This document shows, in pieces, positions 26,561-41,690 of a DNA stretch of 64,000 nt. This stretch comes from Octopus vulgaris. Lineage: Eukaryota. The notes under the pieces were generated by a model, which saw nothing but the letters and a program-made list of their open reading frames with translations, made no database searches and had not been told where the DNA came from. The DNA lies in NCBI GenBank assembly GCA_951406725.2, contig OX597825.1:26784001-26848000 (forward strand), read 5' to 3'. Position 1 is the first letter of the stretch. Every line of letters begins with the position of its first letter. The translations under genes were made by a program, and so were the position numbers.

Positions 26561-29418
26561 ACTCGAGAAATTGCGAAAATACACATTTAACGACTTAATC
26601 CTAATTAAGTTGTCTGTGGGCTTTTGCTTATTTGGTGATCAGTTTTCCAGCTTTGTAAGTGAAATATCCAAATTTGGAAGATGCATTTATCGATTAATAT
26701 CATTACAATAGGATTCTCACGAAACGGAGACTTTGGTCGACTTTAAAAAGTTTCACTGTCACAGAATATAGGAGGGGAAAATTCCGTCTTCGAAAGACTG
26801 TCTCACAACACAACAGTTTAGTAATCTAAGTGCTCACAATTGTTATAGGTGCTTTACTCTTTCTGTTCTGCACTGTACTGCCTAGATTTAGTGCATTGTC
26901 CTAACGTCTGAAATGGAATATTTGAAAATGACAGCAATCAATATGTGTGATACATAGCTCTACTTTCAGTGAATTTAAGCTGTTCAGAGACACGCAGTTG
27001 AATAACTAGAAAGATCAACAGGGAAATTGAACACGATATTGCAAAAAAACTTATCGTTATATTACTACATTCAAACATATCGAATATAAATTTTAGCATC
27101 GGGTCTTCTGTGACATTGATCAATCAGAAACAAATAGTCAATAATCAGAATATTTATAACTACAGTATGAATTAAAAACGACTACAATGTCATTACATTA
27201 GTATCGATGAAAATATATTTTTAAAAAAACTAAAAATATTAATATCAACAAACGAACTTAGTACTGTACATACAATAAAGGATTGCTTGTTGATTACTTT
27301 CAAGGTTTAGATTCCAGAATGAATGTATTGTTTGCATGAACGGAAGCGATTGAAATATTTTATTGTGCTAATAAGCAGGACTGCTGTATATTTGATGAGT
27401 CTGTCTTTTGCTTTTCAGTTCCTATTTATAAAATAATTTCCAATGGCATGTCTTCATCAAAGCTAGACTGAAATAATCTGCTAAATATCTTGAAGTAGAA
27501 TATTTTCTTTTGTGATTTTACAATTCCAGTTCATGCCATTATTAACATTCCAGTGAACTTGTATAATTAGAACTTTGTATAAATATTATGTTGTATTAAC
27601 CACTTAAGTTTCAGTCTTTGCGATAGATGCCAATAAGTATTCTAATGTAAACAATGATAGATTTAACTGCGAGACCTGCAGCTGGCTCATTCACAGATGA
27701 ACAAACTATACAAACAATTACTAAAGAAATATTTTTGGGTAATGCAATATTCACTCTCGAATCAGTACACCTACCTGCCACTGAGACGGCTCTATAAGTC
27801 TATTTCTTAGTAAACGGCGTAGGTGATAGCTAGATGTCCGAAAGGCAACATATGGAAGACAAAGGAACAATATCTATAGTTGCACACGATTAATTACTAT
27901 TAATAAGGGGCAGACAAGTTTTCATATGCAATAAGACTTCACAGTGATATTGTCGTTGTTAGTATTTGCTGTACCGTTTGAATTACTTGCAAATTTGTAA
28001 TTTATTTCCGTGAAAACTAATTCCTTTGTCCTCTGACATATTTGAAATTCTACACACTCTAGAAATGCTCGTGTTTTGTTGTCATTCATTTTCTTCTTTG
28101 CTTAACAACAATGATGTGTTGAAATTAAAAACAATTGTCTATAAAGACTGAAGTTTCTTTAAACTTTGCATTCTTTATGCTATTAAGAAGTCATTGGAAT
28201 ATAAAATAATTCGAACATCCCGAATCAGAAGGAAAACCGATTCCTTTACAACTTGTGTGATGTGCAATGACGATTTTGTTCCCAATCCAATGCCCATATT
28301 TGTTGCTATGGATACTAATTTAAAATATAAAGTAAAATCCAAACGCTTTTTGCAGGAATTTATACTTTTCCCAATAGAGTTCATTGCAGGTACTTAGATT
28401 ATCGATCACTGATGTATAAGGGACAATGCCAAAAGGGATAAAGGTATTAATAAGAATCGTGTGGAATATAGCTAAACTTATAAAAACGACCCAGTATTTG
28501 ATTGAACGTTACTTATTTTATCTCTCCCAAGAAAGAATGCATACACGCAAAATTTCAAATCGTAAATTATGTAAAAGTATAGCTTGAGACGCTCTGTCCG
28601 CCGATTATGTCATTCAGAAGAATAATTGTAGTACTAATGATAATAATAAGAACATCAATGCTGCAGAAATAATAAAATGGGAATTATATGGAATGCAAAT
28701 CACTTAAAGTGCAGATAAACAATCTCAGCTGTGGTGTACTGATATCTTTCACTTTAATGGCGCCATATAATATTGGGGTTCAGAAAATCGTATTTGAAAT
28801 TTTGAATGATTGTGTGAAATTATTAAAAGATTAATACCAAGGGATAGATAATAACATCTGATTCAGGCGGAGAAGTAAATTTCAGAAATATCAAGATCCC
28901 AAAAGTCAGAATGCAATTACATGTGCAATAAAGTAAACAGACGCAATACCTGCATTTTCAGAATCTAGAGAAAATTATATCTAATAGGTTATCTAAGATG
29001 GGGTCTAACGTACTTAAATATCGCTAAAAGTTTGAATATTAGTGATGCTCGTAAAGAAAATTAGGACAAAATATTCTCAAATAATATTTTTGAATTGTTT
29101 ATTTAATTTACAAAATACCTTAGCTTGCAGATTTTTCATAGATACGCCATGTGCACAAAAGTTAGTGACGAAAGATGTAAAAAAAATGCAGTTGTTGAAT
29201 GGCAATACATCCTGGTAAAGGGGATAAATTTAACAGAAGCAAAGACTGATGAAAATAAATTAGCTTTAGGCTCTAGTTGTATTGATCTGAAGCCCACCCA
29301 CAAATATATTAAGCTTGAAAAGATATGCGATTATATTACATTTGCAGCAGAAAATACCACCATTCAAATACTTGAAAGCCTACAAAATACTAACATATAA
29401 AAACTATACGTATATATG

Positions 29419-29690
29419 TACGAGGTCTGATCAACAAGTCTCAGAAATGTCACCGTAGTAACAAAGGTAAAGTGCGTAGAGTGAAGCCGCTTGGCATAAA
29501 TTGACCCGGAGCTCTGCAGAGCATGCGCACTAAGTTTTAACAATCTAGCTGTCTTCTACCTTTTACAGCAATGCTTGGAAAGAAGGTGCGTAGTGTGTGA
29601 TCGTCGCATTGGATACAAGAGAGAAAGTTCAACACAGAATCTGCATCAAATTTGCAAAATGTTTGGCGATAACTGCTGAGAGGCAGAATT
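29419..29690 (+). mobile_element. Mariner-like element 5' end (TIR and start of transposase)
   Basis: Begins TA-CGAGGTCTGATCAA; later EKVQHRICIKF (cf. EQRxCIKFC). Confidence 0.7.
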
Positions 29691-29825
29691 TTATTTCTTT
29701 TCTTTTTGTTTTTAGTTTTAATTTTTAATTTTGTTTTTTCCTTATCCATGAGAAACATAAGAATAAGTTTTCCTTTCAAATTTGGAATATAATTTGTCAC
29801 AATTTTTGTATTTCATTAAAGCAAA

Positions 29826-30185
29826 CTTTCTCTTTCCTTCCTTCCTTTCTTCTTTACCTTCCGCCTTCCTTTCCTTCCTTCGTTCATTCTTTCCTTCCTT
29901 CCTACCTTCTTTCCTTCCTTCTTCCTCCCTTCCTTTCTTTCTTCCTTCCTTTCTTTTTTCTTTTTGTCTTCCTTCCTTCTTTAGTTTCTTTCTTTCCTTC
30001 TTTCCTTCTTTCTTTCTTTCCTTCCTTCTTTTCTTCCTTCTTTTTTCCTCATCATCCTTCGTTCTTTCCTTCCTTCTTTCTTTCTTTCTTTCTTTCCTTC
30101 CTTCCTTTCTTCATTTTCTCTATTGTTATTCCTTCTTTTTCTTCCTTCTCTCTCTTTCTTCCTTCCTTCCTTTTTTTCTTTCTTC
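29826..30185. repeat. (CTTT/CCTT)n polypyrimidine tract
   Basis: Directly visible. Confidence 0.95.
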
Positions 30186-31219
30186 GTCATTTCAGTTCCT
30201 CGAACTCCTTATACGGATTATCTATCAATCAACCCCCACCCCAGATACTGGCCCACCAATTTGTTGCTATTGATATTTTCGTATTACTTACGCAAATGTA
30301 TTCAGTGATGATAGTGATTTGGTACCTCTGACTGTTATTTGTAAAGAGTCACCATATTTCAGTTGTCCCTATTAGACATTAACTGTTAAGCTGCTGTTCG
30401 TAAATTAGTGGATGGAAAAGAACAAGAAATTTACCAATAAAAATAAAATAATAAAATAACCTCAAGGGCATCAGACGTGCCAACACTTTCAAAATATATG
30501 ACAATGTTTTGTTTTTTCAAAAAGATTTCATTACATCTGCAGACGCCATTTGTATTGACAAAAGTATAAGTAGAGTTGCAAGTTCAATAATCGTTATATG
30601 ATCGTTTGAAGTTGCAAGGGATCCATGAATTACACAATTTCAAACCTATCATTTTCTGAAGCTCTTCAAGTGCCCTATGAAAGGGAAAAGTAATTTGAAG
30701 AAAAGTGAGTTAATGGAAACAAAATTCTTAACCTGCAATCTTTGGTTTGCTGTTAATCGCTTCAACTCTTTTCTGTTAACATTTTATTTACTTTCACTGT
30801 GAGCTTCTTTATCTGCCCAGACGTTACAGCAACAAAATTATGTGTAAACTGCCTGAATTAGTATGTCTCTGACTGGATTAAACGAAATGAGTTTACAAGG
30901 TTGTTATCAGATCTTGTTTTCTTTTACTTTTGAGATTATTTTCTCATTGCTTTTATGCACATTATATATTCTGAAGCGAATCATCCACTATATCGCGGTA
31001 TATTTAGCTGTCTCCAGAAAACTTTCTGTAGAAACAGGTATGAAAATGCTTCTGTATTGGCAAACACAAGACGTCTTGCAGAATTTTTCTTCGTTTAGTA
31101 AAAGAAAAACTTAAAAAGAAGAGTCAGTAACAAATGTCACTTTTATGAAACAAGAAGTACAATCTGAAGTACATCTGCAACAAATAAGAGTAACCTATGA
31201 CCGTAAGATATTGGATCCA

Positions 31220-31412
31220 CATTTTGGCACAAGTCCAAGAATTTCGGATGTGGAGCTAAGTCGATTAGATCAACACCAGTGCTGGTAATTATTTTATCTA
31301 CCATGAAATAATAAAAGGCAAAGTCGAATATCTGCACTCAGCACGTGAAGAAGGACGGAATGCTTCTTGGCATTTTCCACAGCATGCTTACGACTCTGCC
31401 AGCTCACCGCTT
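31220..31412 (-). mobile_element. Degenerate SINE, family D
   Basis: Reverse complement resembles 38772-39020 (aagcggtgagctggcagagtcg ... gactttgcctttt ... aatcgact). Confidence 0.65.
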
Positions 31413-31519
31413 TACTTCAAATGAAAGTGGTGAAGATGAAGCAGCGCATCCTACTTACATGGCTAGTGAAGCTCCGTTTCGGAATCTAGAGCGAGCGATA
31501 TGATTTTCTGTCCGAACAA

Positions 31520-32520
31520 AAGAATATGCTCTCGCTATTTCACTCAAAATCATCTTTGCCATAAATTCTCTTACACAAAATCTTGGGGCTATTATAAAAT
31601 TGTTGAAGGCAAACTGGATGAACACTATCATTAAAATTCATTGTTTTATACTATTCGTAAGAATGGTAAGCAACATTTGAGATCGTTTTATGTAGAGCTC
31701 ATGAAATAAGTGCAGTTTATTGCTTTTAACGTGTTTTGATGTCAAGATGTTGTGACAGGCTTTCTAACAAGGAAGTTTTTATTGATAATTGGGAAAATGC
31801 AGAACTGAAATTGAAAACACATGAACAAAGCGAAGCTAAAAGGAATTCTGTGTTGCAGGTCAGTATCATATGTAGCGAATGTTCTCATGTTAATAACAAA
31901 ATTGGAATATAGACGTGCAGAAATGCAAATAAATACTGCGCTGTGTTGTAGCCGTGACAATATTTCAAGCTGATAGAGGCTTGGAGTTTCGTGGTAGTGA
32001 AAACATCATAGGCTCTAAGCACAATGGAAATTCTTTGGCAATTGTGGAACTTGTCATTTCACAACTTCATCTATTTCTAGTGTGTCATTTTAAAATATTT
32101 GACTATAGCAGAAATGTTAAGCAGTTGTACTTCTCACTATCATCTGCAAAGAAATTGTCTATTGATGACACAATATGTTCAGAATACTATTGAATTACAA
32201 CTTAAAACTTCCAGGTATTTGTCAGTTTCTTTCGATTCAACATCACATTTTGTACAGACACCTGATGCACGAATTGAATAAGACACATTGGCAAACAGAT
32301 TGTACTGTCTTGAAACTTCTTTAATGGCTAAGATTTGGAATTTAATTGTACGTTTAACAATACAAATAAACCTTCCCAATGGGTTGAAACTTGATCTGAA
32401 TAAAGTGGTTGGATATAAATGTTTCTCTGAAAAACTTTCTGAAATCAGATCGGGATGAATATGAAGGGGTGCAGGTGAATGCCAGGAATATGTGTAGAAA
32501 CACAGACTATAAAATTGTGG
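31520..32520 (+). mobile_element. Degenerate hAT transposase (ZMYM1/DUF4371-like)
   Basis: ADRGLEFRGSENIIGSKHNGNSLAIVEL (cf. LAFRG...NGNFL), YLSVSFDST (cf. YFSIxxDST), GVQVNARNM (cf. GQSYDNAxNM) in order across frames. Confidence 0.72.
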
Positions 32521-32782
32521 CAGGTACGTCACGGAGAGAAACGAACAAGATGCAGATCCAGCTCCAACTTCGGAAGAGTTTTTCTTTCCTACAAGGGAAT
32601 AATCCAAATACGGGACTTCCGATGCAGAATCGAATGTTTTGTAGGATCCAACAACATTTTCTGCAGGCTAAATGGTTTTCACAAAGTTTTCAGAAGGACA
32701 AATTACTCCCTGACCGAATCATGCAGAGGAGAGACTTCCCAAGTGTCAGTGTGCACGAACGTTTCAATTATGACTTACACTA

Positions 32783-32863
<81 letters not shown>

Positions 32864-33326
32864 TATATATATATATCTTAACTGTTGTAAATTATAAGGA
32901 AGGTCTGCGTACAGGTTATTCTAATTACAGAAATGTCAATGTAAAACGTAATAATTAAAGTAAATTGCATTTAATGTCTGAGGAAACAATAATACAAGTT
33001 AGAATAAGAATGAATAATGTTACTTTAAGAAACTGGGTGAAATTAGACACAAACAACAATATTACTACATCAGTTGAAATATATACATCAAACTGAGACG
33101 ATACAATGACACTGAGAAATATCAATAAATGGCGAGTAAAGGGAGATAATAATTAATAACATAAATATAACTTGACCCAGATGGTGTATCCTCTGTAAAT
33201 AAATTCTGAAAAGAGTTCCTCGTCGATGTTTAAGTAAAAATTCAAAACAAAGACAGTGAAACGCTTCTGTTTACCCATACATCAACAGAACCTGAGCGAT
33301 GTACAATCTCCCGATCTGCTAGGAGT

Positions 33327-33486
33327 AGGTGCAGGCATGGTTGTCTGCTAAGAAGCTTGCTTTCCAACCGCATGGTTCTGGGTTCAATCCCACAGTGTGA
33401 CGCCTTGGGCAAGTGTTTTCTTCTATAATCTCGGACTGACCAATGAGCTATGGGTTAATTTGGTAGACGGAAAAGTATGTATGTGT

Positions 33487-33518
<32 letters not shown>

Positions 33519-33720
33519 TTGTCCCCATCATCGGTTGACAAACGGAGTTGGTTTGTTAACGTAATCTAACTGTTCGGCAAAAAAGGGACTGATAGAATAA
33601 TAACTAAGATTTAAAGAAAGAGCACTTTAAAAAAGAGGACTGGGGCTGATTCCTTCGACAAGAAATTCGTGAAGGAATGCCCCAGCATAGCCGCTGATTA
33701 ATGAATGAAACAGATAAAAG
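33327..33720 (+). mobile_element. SINE family B, diverged
   Basis: Colinear with 19718-20105, including the internal (TG)n. Confidence 0.82.
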
Positions 33721-34348
33721 GATAAAAAAATAAAAGAATAAATAAAATCTTTTGCGGGGTTGGAACACTTATAATGGCTTAAATCTGCAGAACCTTGACT
33801 ATACTGAAGCGAAGAAAGTTGTCCCACGAATAATCAGTTGGTTAAGGATAGAACTGGGAAAAAAAGGTCCCTGTTCTCTCCAGGTGGAAACTTGTTTAAG
33901 TGTCTTGCAGAACAAGTGACTGTCTAAAGGAAAACCCAATACAGCATTTGTGCCCAGCACAGTATATTCTTATTGTTTTTGTCGCCTCGCATTTACTCCT
34001 CTATACATGCGATACGGACTATTCAATTTCAAGTACATATTCATCACCATCCAATGTATATATCGTTGTAAATATTAAGAAGTTTCATTATCTATGATTT
34101 ATTATTTCCTTATTCATATTCATATCAACTTCATTTGGTTTTACAACATAGAATCAATTACCTAGTAGTCTTGCAGTATAACCGACATATCTCTGGTATG
34201 CAACAAGAGAAGCGTTAACCTGATATGTGGAGTAAAGCATCTAGATCCCGTTTCAAGCCAATTTAGAATAAAGGTCAACGTAAGTAACATTAAAATTGCC
34301 CAGCTGTTGATACGCATGCATGTATGTATGTAAGTGTGTGTGTGCATG

Positions 34349-34389
<41 letters not shown>

Positions 34390-34417
34390 TGCGTGCGCTC
34401 GACGCCGTCTGATTTAT

Positions 34418-34795
34418 AGTACACCGTCGGTTACGACGACGTGGGTTCCAGTTGCTCTGATCAACAGAATAGCCTGATCGTGAAATTAACGTGTAAGTGG
34501 TTGAGCACCCAACAGACACGTGTATCCTTAACGTAGTTCTCAGGGAGATTCAGCGTGACAGAGATAGTGTCAAGGTTGGCCCTTTGAAATACAGGTACAA
34601 CAGAAACAGGAAGAAAGAGTGTGAGAAAGTTGTGGTGAAAGAGTACAGCCGGGTTCGACAACACCCCTGCCGGAGCTTCGTGGAGCTTTAGGTGTTTTCG
34701 CTCAATAAACACCCACAACACCCGGTCGGGGAATCGAAACCGCGATCCTACGACGGCGAGTCCGCTGCCCTAAAAACTGGGCCATTACGCCTTCA
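34418..34795 (-). mobile_element. SINE head A + tail T1
   Basis: tRNA-like head (aatggcccag...tagggcagcggactcg...ggtttcgattcc); colinear with 49050-49428. Confidence 0.9.
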
Positions 34796-36771
34796 CCCCA
34801 TCCGATTAAACATATGACAAAGACACTGTGTTCGTCTGCGTCGGGATAATGAGCATTATTTAGGAAAATCAGCAAAAAGTGTGAACTTGCTATGGGGTGT
34901 GGAAAATATGACGGTTCGGATATTTGCTGATATTAGTCAATTGCATAAAATAAAATCGAGATCGAGCGAGCTTTTGCCATTTTGCTCGACATGTGGTTTC
35001 CTTCCACGCTGAGTTCGCCATCATATATATTTTACATTTAATTTTACATATATATGTATTTCAATTTGTATTGACCTTGTTTTTAAGAAAGGGATCACCA
35101 AAACAGGAAAAATGAAAAATAAGCATTAGATACAGAACTTTAGCTATGAAGTGGCTACTTCACTATCATCTGTTATAGGAGACACTTATGGGGATATGTC
35201 ATTACATCAGCCCTTGCTAGAGACTCGTGGAAATTACTCATCATATTCTTCTTATAGGAAAATATGATTTTGCGATTTCCAGTAGAAAATACCTACATTA
35301 TGAACAATTATTTTAGTGACAAAAGTTTTACAAAAGCTAGGCAGGAACTAATACAATATTACTTGTTAACTTACGCGAAAATTATTCTTTCGAAAACTTT
35401 GGAACAACTTGGTTATAGTAAAACTCCTCAACGAAGCATCGAAGTTATCGAAGATATGATGAGTGATTCTCGCCAAAAATATTCAGTAATAGGCATGTTG
35501 CCATAGAATAATAGAAACCTTTTCATATAAATTTTTATTTATGTAATGAATGATAATATTTATGTAATGAATGATAATATACTTCGAAAACCGCATACAT
35601 GAAGTGTAAAACAAAAAAAGAAAAAATCATGCGCTGATTGAAGAATAAAATATACAATAAAAATGTTCTCAACGAACTCAGATTGCAATAATATATCATT
35701 AAGCAATTCTGCATCTACTAGCAGAAATTGTCTTCATAGCAATTTGATAGCATAGATACTAACAACTTTTTTTTTGCGCTACATTTCAGAAACATTGAGC
35801 AATCATTGTCTTGATATAGTTGGATCCCTGCTGTCTAGCATTTATTGCTAGTAGCTATTCATGTCACAAAAATATTGCAGACATATTTGTATTGTACCTG
35901 AACTGTTATTGTTAGAAGGCATTCTAATTTAGGATATTGAAAAAAAAAAAATTGCTCAAAAATGTGTTGGTCTGAAAGAAGCGTGAACAGGTATTTGAAC
36001 GTGTGTATGAAATATTTACATAATCAAACAAATAGATTGGAGAGTGCATGTATTAACACGATGGATAATGTCAAGAAAGTTATGGTCCCAAATAGGCTCA
36101 AGGTACAGTTAAATACATTGGAATTTCACTGGCCATTTTTGTATGCAGACTTATTATTAAAGGGATTTTTCAAACATTAACCTGAGAAGCATCCAAAAAA
36201 ACCCCCAAAAACTTAAGGAAACACAAAAGAAAACAAATCAAATATATTGACGAAATGCTTACATTCTGCTGATTTACTATTAAATTACAGCAATTGTTAA
36301 TTACATCTTTTACTTTTGTCAACTGTTCATAGCTATTATTTACAATATTTTTTCAGCGTATTGTTGTCTTGGATTTGGCCTTCATTAATCCATTAATAAG
36401 AACAGCGAGTCCTAGGCACTTAATGTGAATAGCGCATTAGATAATTTGCCGCAAGTATTTGGCGGTATATTTCGATAAAGTCAAGCTTAGCCAAAGCTGA
36501 CAAACGAGATATGAATAGACTTTACAAACCACTTATCGCTCATAATGTTCTCGTGCTTACACATCTATCATTGCGCACACAGGCACACACACAGATACAC
36601 ATACACACACAAACACACACACACATGTATAATGTTATATATATTGAAATATATATTGCTGTATTGTGTCTTAAGTTTTCATCGAGAAGGCACCTTATTC
36701 CCACTATGTAGAGCAGGAACCTGACGACAGTAGTAACAAGTCAAATTGTCGACATATATTTCCAACTGGGC

Positions 36772-37073
36772 GGAGGCGCAATGGCCCAGTGGTTAGGGCA
36801 GCGGACTCGCGGTCGGAGGATCGCGGTTTCGTTACCCAGACTAGGCGTTGTGTGTGTTTGTTGAGCGAAAACACCTAATAGCTCCACGAGGCTCCGGCAG
36901 GGGGTGATAGCGACTCCTGTTGTACTCTTTCACCACAATTTTTTCTCACTCTCTCTTCCTGTTTCTTGAGTTACGCTGCGATGGACTGGCGTCCCGTCCA
37001 GCTGGGTGGAAAACATACGCCATAGAAACCGGGAAACCGGGCCCATGAGCCTGGCTAGGCTTCATAAGGGCGA
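36772..37073 (+). mobile_element. SINE head A + tail T2
   Basis: ggaggcgcaatggcccagtggttagg head; tail gctgcgatggactggcgtcccgtcca...ccatgagcctgg shared with 42236. Confidence 0.9.
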
Positions 37074-37629
37074 CGTTTATCGTTATTTCAAACTGGTACT
37101 TATTTATAGCGGAACTAACCAACAAGAAATCAAGAATTTCATCAAGGACACATGTCGACTCCGAACACAATTATTTATCAATTACCCTTAAATAACTTTG
37201 CGCATAGACTCAATCGTAACATTTCCTTGTTAATCGAAATAATTTTCATTGCCACATGTATTTTGTACTTGTATGATTGATTTTACTTGACGTAATGATT
37301 ATATTCATTATTAGATCAATGGCGTCAAGAATGCGATTACGTGTTCTTCAGTAATATTTGCATATATATTTAGAAAATGCCAAACTCAGGTTATATATTA
37401 ATATGTTATCCGTATACCTAGATAGCTCCCAGTTTTCAATATGTTTCCTAACATGGCGAAGGCATGACAAAGTCTGAAACTAACGTCTTAGCATCATTAT
37501 ACACTATACTTCCGTTAGGAAATATAGTAACGATTGTGTTACATGATATAGCACAGCTATAATTGCAGAAAATATTTACATTTTATACGATTATTGAGGA
37601 TGTAGTATGTAATATCATAATAGGAGGAG

Positions 37630-37924
37630 GAGACTCCCTTCGGTCATGAATGACCATGGGATTGCACCTAGAAAGTTACCCTCCGAGGCACAGTCAGGGC
37701 AAGATTGTTTGTGGAAGGCCAGCAGTCGCCCACGCATACCAGCCTCTCCTCTCCACAGCACTGATTATATCCAAGGGAAATGCCGATACAGCTTGGCACC
37801 AGTGATGTCGCAACTCATTTCTACAGCTAAGTTAACTGGAGCAACGTGAAATAAAGTGTCTAGCTCAAGAACACAACACACAGCCCGGTCCGGGAATCGA
37901 ACCCACAACCTCACGATCGTAAGC
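37630..37924 (-). mobile_element. SINE head C + tail T4
   Basis: Head ...gggttcgattcccggaccggg...gttgtgttcttgagc...tttcacgttgctccagt shared with 42236-42481; different tail. Confidence 0.82.
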
Positions 37925-38771
37925 GATAACACAATACGGTGGTATTTTGATATTTTATCCGCATTTCAAACAGAACAGAAGTGTTGGTTTACAGCAATAT
38001 CTAATATATTGCAGTCTTTCACACAATGTACTGAAAAACAATAGTTAATACATTTCGCAATACGGGGTAGGTTCGTATATGCAGTAGTGTTTATTTTATA
38101 ATATAATGTGATACAAACCGAAGTTAACATCACATATTTAAATACTCGCTTCATAGTATGTTGCTTTTAGGCTGCATGAATACAGATTAAAATTTATCTT
38201 GATATAAATATTTAATCGAAAACGATATAAATATAGCAGTGATAGCTAAGTCGCTAATACAGTATTTTCTTTTAATTAGTAACACTAAGTTTATATTATT
38301 CGAATCTGTGCTGAAATTTACAGACCATTAACAAATATAATGATAATGGGAAATGTTGAATTAGAGTGATATATAATTTGGGAGCTAAATCGTTTAAGTT
38401 AGCTGTCACCGCAAAAACGGGAATGAGTTGGTAATATATACGATAATTTAACTCATTGTTTTAGATGAATATGTCGATGGGAGCTGAAATTGTGAACTTG
38501 TCGACTCTCTTTCATTTTAAAAGATAGCCACGTATAGTTTGGGTAAGTTTGAGAGCACTAGCAGTGCATCAGCATTCGATCAAGATACATAGACTGCAGT
38601 GTCGTTACATGAATCGCCTTGCTCAAGGACCCTATGTCTCACCTTGTTCAAGAATTAAATCGACGACATTAGGATCTGAGCCGAACAAATTACCTACTAC
38701 TCAGCGTAATGAAGCATGGACATGATATATAACCTTATATATATATTACGTATCATTATTATTGTTTTAAT

Positions 38772-39020
38772 AAGGCGGCCAGCAGGTAGAATCGTTAGCA
38801 TGCCGGGCGAGACGCTTAGCAATATTTCGTCTGCCGCTGCGTTCTGAGTTCAAATCCCGCTGAGGTCAACCTTTCCTTTCATCTTTTCGGGGTCGTAGAA
38901 ATAAGTACCAGTTACGTACTGGGGTCGATAAAATAAGTACCAGTTACGTACTGTGGTCGATGTAATCGACTAACCTCCTTCCCCAAAAAAGTTTCAAGAC
39001 CTTGTACCCGGAGTAGAAAT
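38772..39020 (+). mobile_element. SINE family D with internal ~32-bp tandem duplication
   Basis: aaggcggc...gagttcaaatccc B-box; aaataagtaccagttacgtactg(g/t)ggtcgat occurs twice. Confidence 0.82.
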
Positions 39021-40583
39021 AACTATTATTGCTTCAGTATATTATATACTTTTACAAATACTAATATTAGTATATCCAGAACTATATACTAACAAATTTA
39101 GTGCCGTCTTGCTAGAATTCTCGAAAACGGGGTTTATGCATTTGTGACATAAATAAATAAACAATATTTTCGGTTTCTTCCGAGTGGAAGTAATTGCGAT
39201 CGAATTAGCTGAATAAAATTGCTGTGTATTATTTATCTCGCACTAGTAATATCCGAGTTCCACGTTGCTGTGAATTATATTCAATAATTTGTGACCATGT
39301 CCAGAAATGTATTCTTTAATTTCAGAGCATGTAGATGCATTAGTTAACATGTACAATATTGTGAGTGATCGGAATATTAAATAGAATACGCATGTCTTAG
39401 GGAAACCAGCATATTATTGTTAACTTAATAACTATTCCTTTGCCAAATGCTTGGTGAAAATCCCAGTATGCCTAGAATGCATTACACTTCTGCAGCAAAT
39501 AAGATATGGCAATCGTTAACGTGTGAACGTGCATAATGTCTGTGGTAAATTTCCTACACTGGAAGGTGCGTTGTGTCTTAGCGGAAAAGCCCTATATTTC
39601 TCGTGGTTCTAATATCCCAGTTGTAATTGTGCATCAACTACGGGGTGGTGCAACTCATTCAAACTGCATCTCTGACAAACTAAATTTGCTGCCGGGTGGA
39701 ATAATGGATGAGTCAACAGGCGGTTTATGGTTACTCGCGACTGTATATGCACGTGAAACAATTAGCCAGCACATGACACATATCCAAAACAGGAACACGA
39801 ATTTCATATTCAAATTGAGACATTAAGAAATCGTTGAATTTAGAGATCTGGCACTCTGTCATCTCCTGTATGTTGTTACTAAATCAATCACTCAAAAATA
39901 TTACAAATCATGTGATTAAAAATGTTTTTTATTGGGAAATTAAAATTTGATACGAAAATAAGAATGGATTAAATTCTTTTATATATATATTTGTTGCTAG
40001 GAAACAATGTATCTTGAGATATTTCAACATGTTTTGAAACCAATAATCATATAAACGAATTATAGAATAGAAATCGTAATTTGAGATCCCTGAGATTTCA
40101 AACGTGAGACTATTTTTGTACCAATCGGTTGGTTTTGAAACGGAAGCTCAGAAAAGTCCGTGTATTAACTTTCACACAAACACACACAGACACACACATA
40201 CACACACACGCACACACACACACACACACATACACACATATATATATATACGAAAGTGTCGAGAATGAGTGCTAAACACCGCACTCATAGATACAATTTA
40301 TTTATTGGATTATTAAGGCTACTATTAGTTTGTTGTTAAGAAAATATCTTAATGTAGCAATTTTACAAGTGGACCACATGGAGGAACGGTGTTCGTTTCT
40401 ATTTTGAAGCAAAACACCAGAATGTAGACCATCACCATTCCATCACATGATCAGCTTGGAAAGTGTTCATGATATTATATTTGCAATTTCGGCTGGTTAT
40501 ACTCGAGATTGCTCCAATCTGGCCAGTCTGAAGGAAAAACTAAGCTAAAAGCATTAGATTCCACGCACACACAAACACAAATA

Positions 40584-40672
<89 letters not shown>

Positions 40673-40717
40673 CATATACCATTACGTGCGCGCACCCACC
40701 CACATATATATACATAC

Positions 40718-40862
40718 ACGGTGGGCTTCTTTCAGTTTCAGTCTACCAAATCCACTCATAAGGCTTTCGTCAAGCCAAGGCTACAGTAGAAGGCACATGG
40801 CTAAAGTACCTCGCGGTGGAACTGAACCCGGAAACATGTGATTGGTAAGTAAGTCTCTCACA
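40718..40862 (-). mobile_element. SINE family B, 5' half
   Basis: Reverse complement of the 19718-19875 head. Confidence 0.8.
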
Positions 40863-40941
40863 CACTCTCTCCCTTTATATTTATCTGTGTGAGTGTCTCT
40901 TTCTCCATATATATGTTTGTGTATAAATTCATGTGATACTG

Positions 40942-40973
<32 letters not shown>

Positions 40974-41299
40974 CGTGTGTGTGTATGTGTGTGTATGTGT
41001 GTGAAAATTCATATAATACTATATATACATCGTTACGTATACACAAGTTTTTTAGGCTCAATTTAACACTTTTTGTCTTCTTTTTGTCATGGACACCTTT
41101 ATGCAATGGTAAACATTCAATGGCGTCGGGGAGCATAAAAATGAAAGCCCTGGTAGAGAAAATGTAGTTCGCATCCAGCACTAGAAACCATTTAAACGTT
41201 GGAAAATATACAGCTGTGTCATGATGCTTATATCGAAATAGTGATATCATGAGTATAACTCAATGCTCCAGAAACATCGTAATATGTCAGATGGCTAGC

Positions 41300-41690
41300 A
41301 CAATAGAGACTACGTAGCCTTGGCCATCAGGAAGGGTCACAAGCGTTCTAAATGCGTCTGTATGGTGGAAATCACCCAGCAACTCACGAAGTGTGTCTTA
41401 GACGGCAATATGAAGCTGTTGGAAACTGTGTACAACAACCAGACAGGAGAAGTTTGCCACAGAAAAAGTCTGAAGCGGTTGGTTGCCCTAATTTTTAACC
41501 TCCTGATTCACTCAATTGTAATTCTATTGATTACCATATCCAGCGCAGGTTTGGATAAGACCAAGGCACAGCTGTTGGTCGGATTAGGTGTTCGAAGATA
41601 TTTCCAGGGATGTATCCAGGAATATTCCGTGGAACGTATGCGCCTTGTTTCAGCGAGGTTTTCAGGCTGTACTGGAGGCTGGGGGTAGAT
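41300..41690 (-). mobile_element. Degenerate LINE C-terminal remnant (RTE-X-like)
   Basis: Raised GC; broken traces IPWK..PTN and DFFLWQ resembling NISW.H.TN...LLLW of RTE-X thumbs. Confidence 0.35.

Noticed and set aside
29782-30273. 163-aa Phe/Leu/Ser membrane-like ORF
   Set aside because: Polypyrimidine simple repeat.
36772-36845. tRNA-like sequence (also at 34720, 49355, 50510, 53258, 57410)
   Set aside because: SINE heads continuous with repeat bodies; no intact cloverleaf or acceptor stem could be supported.
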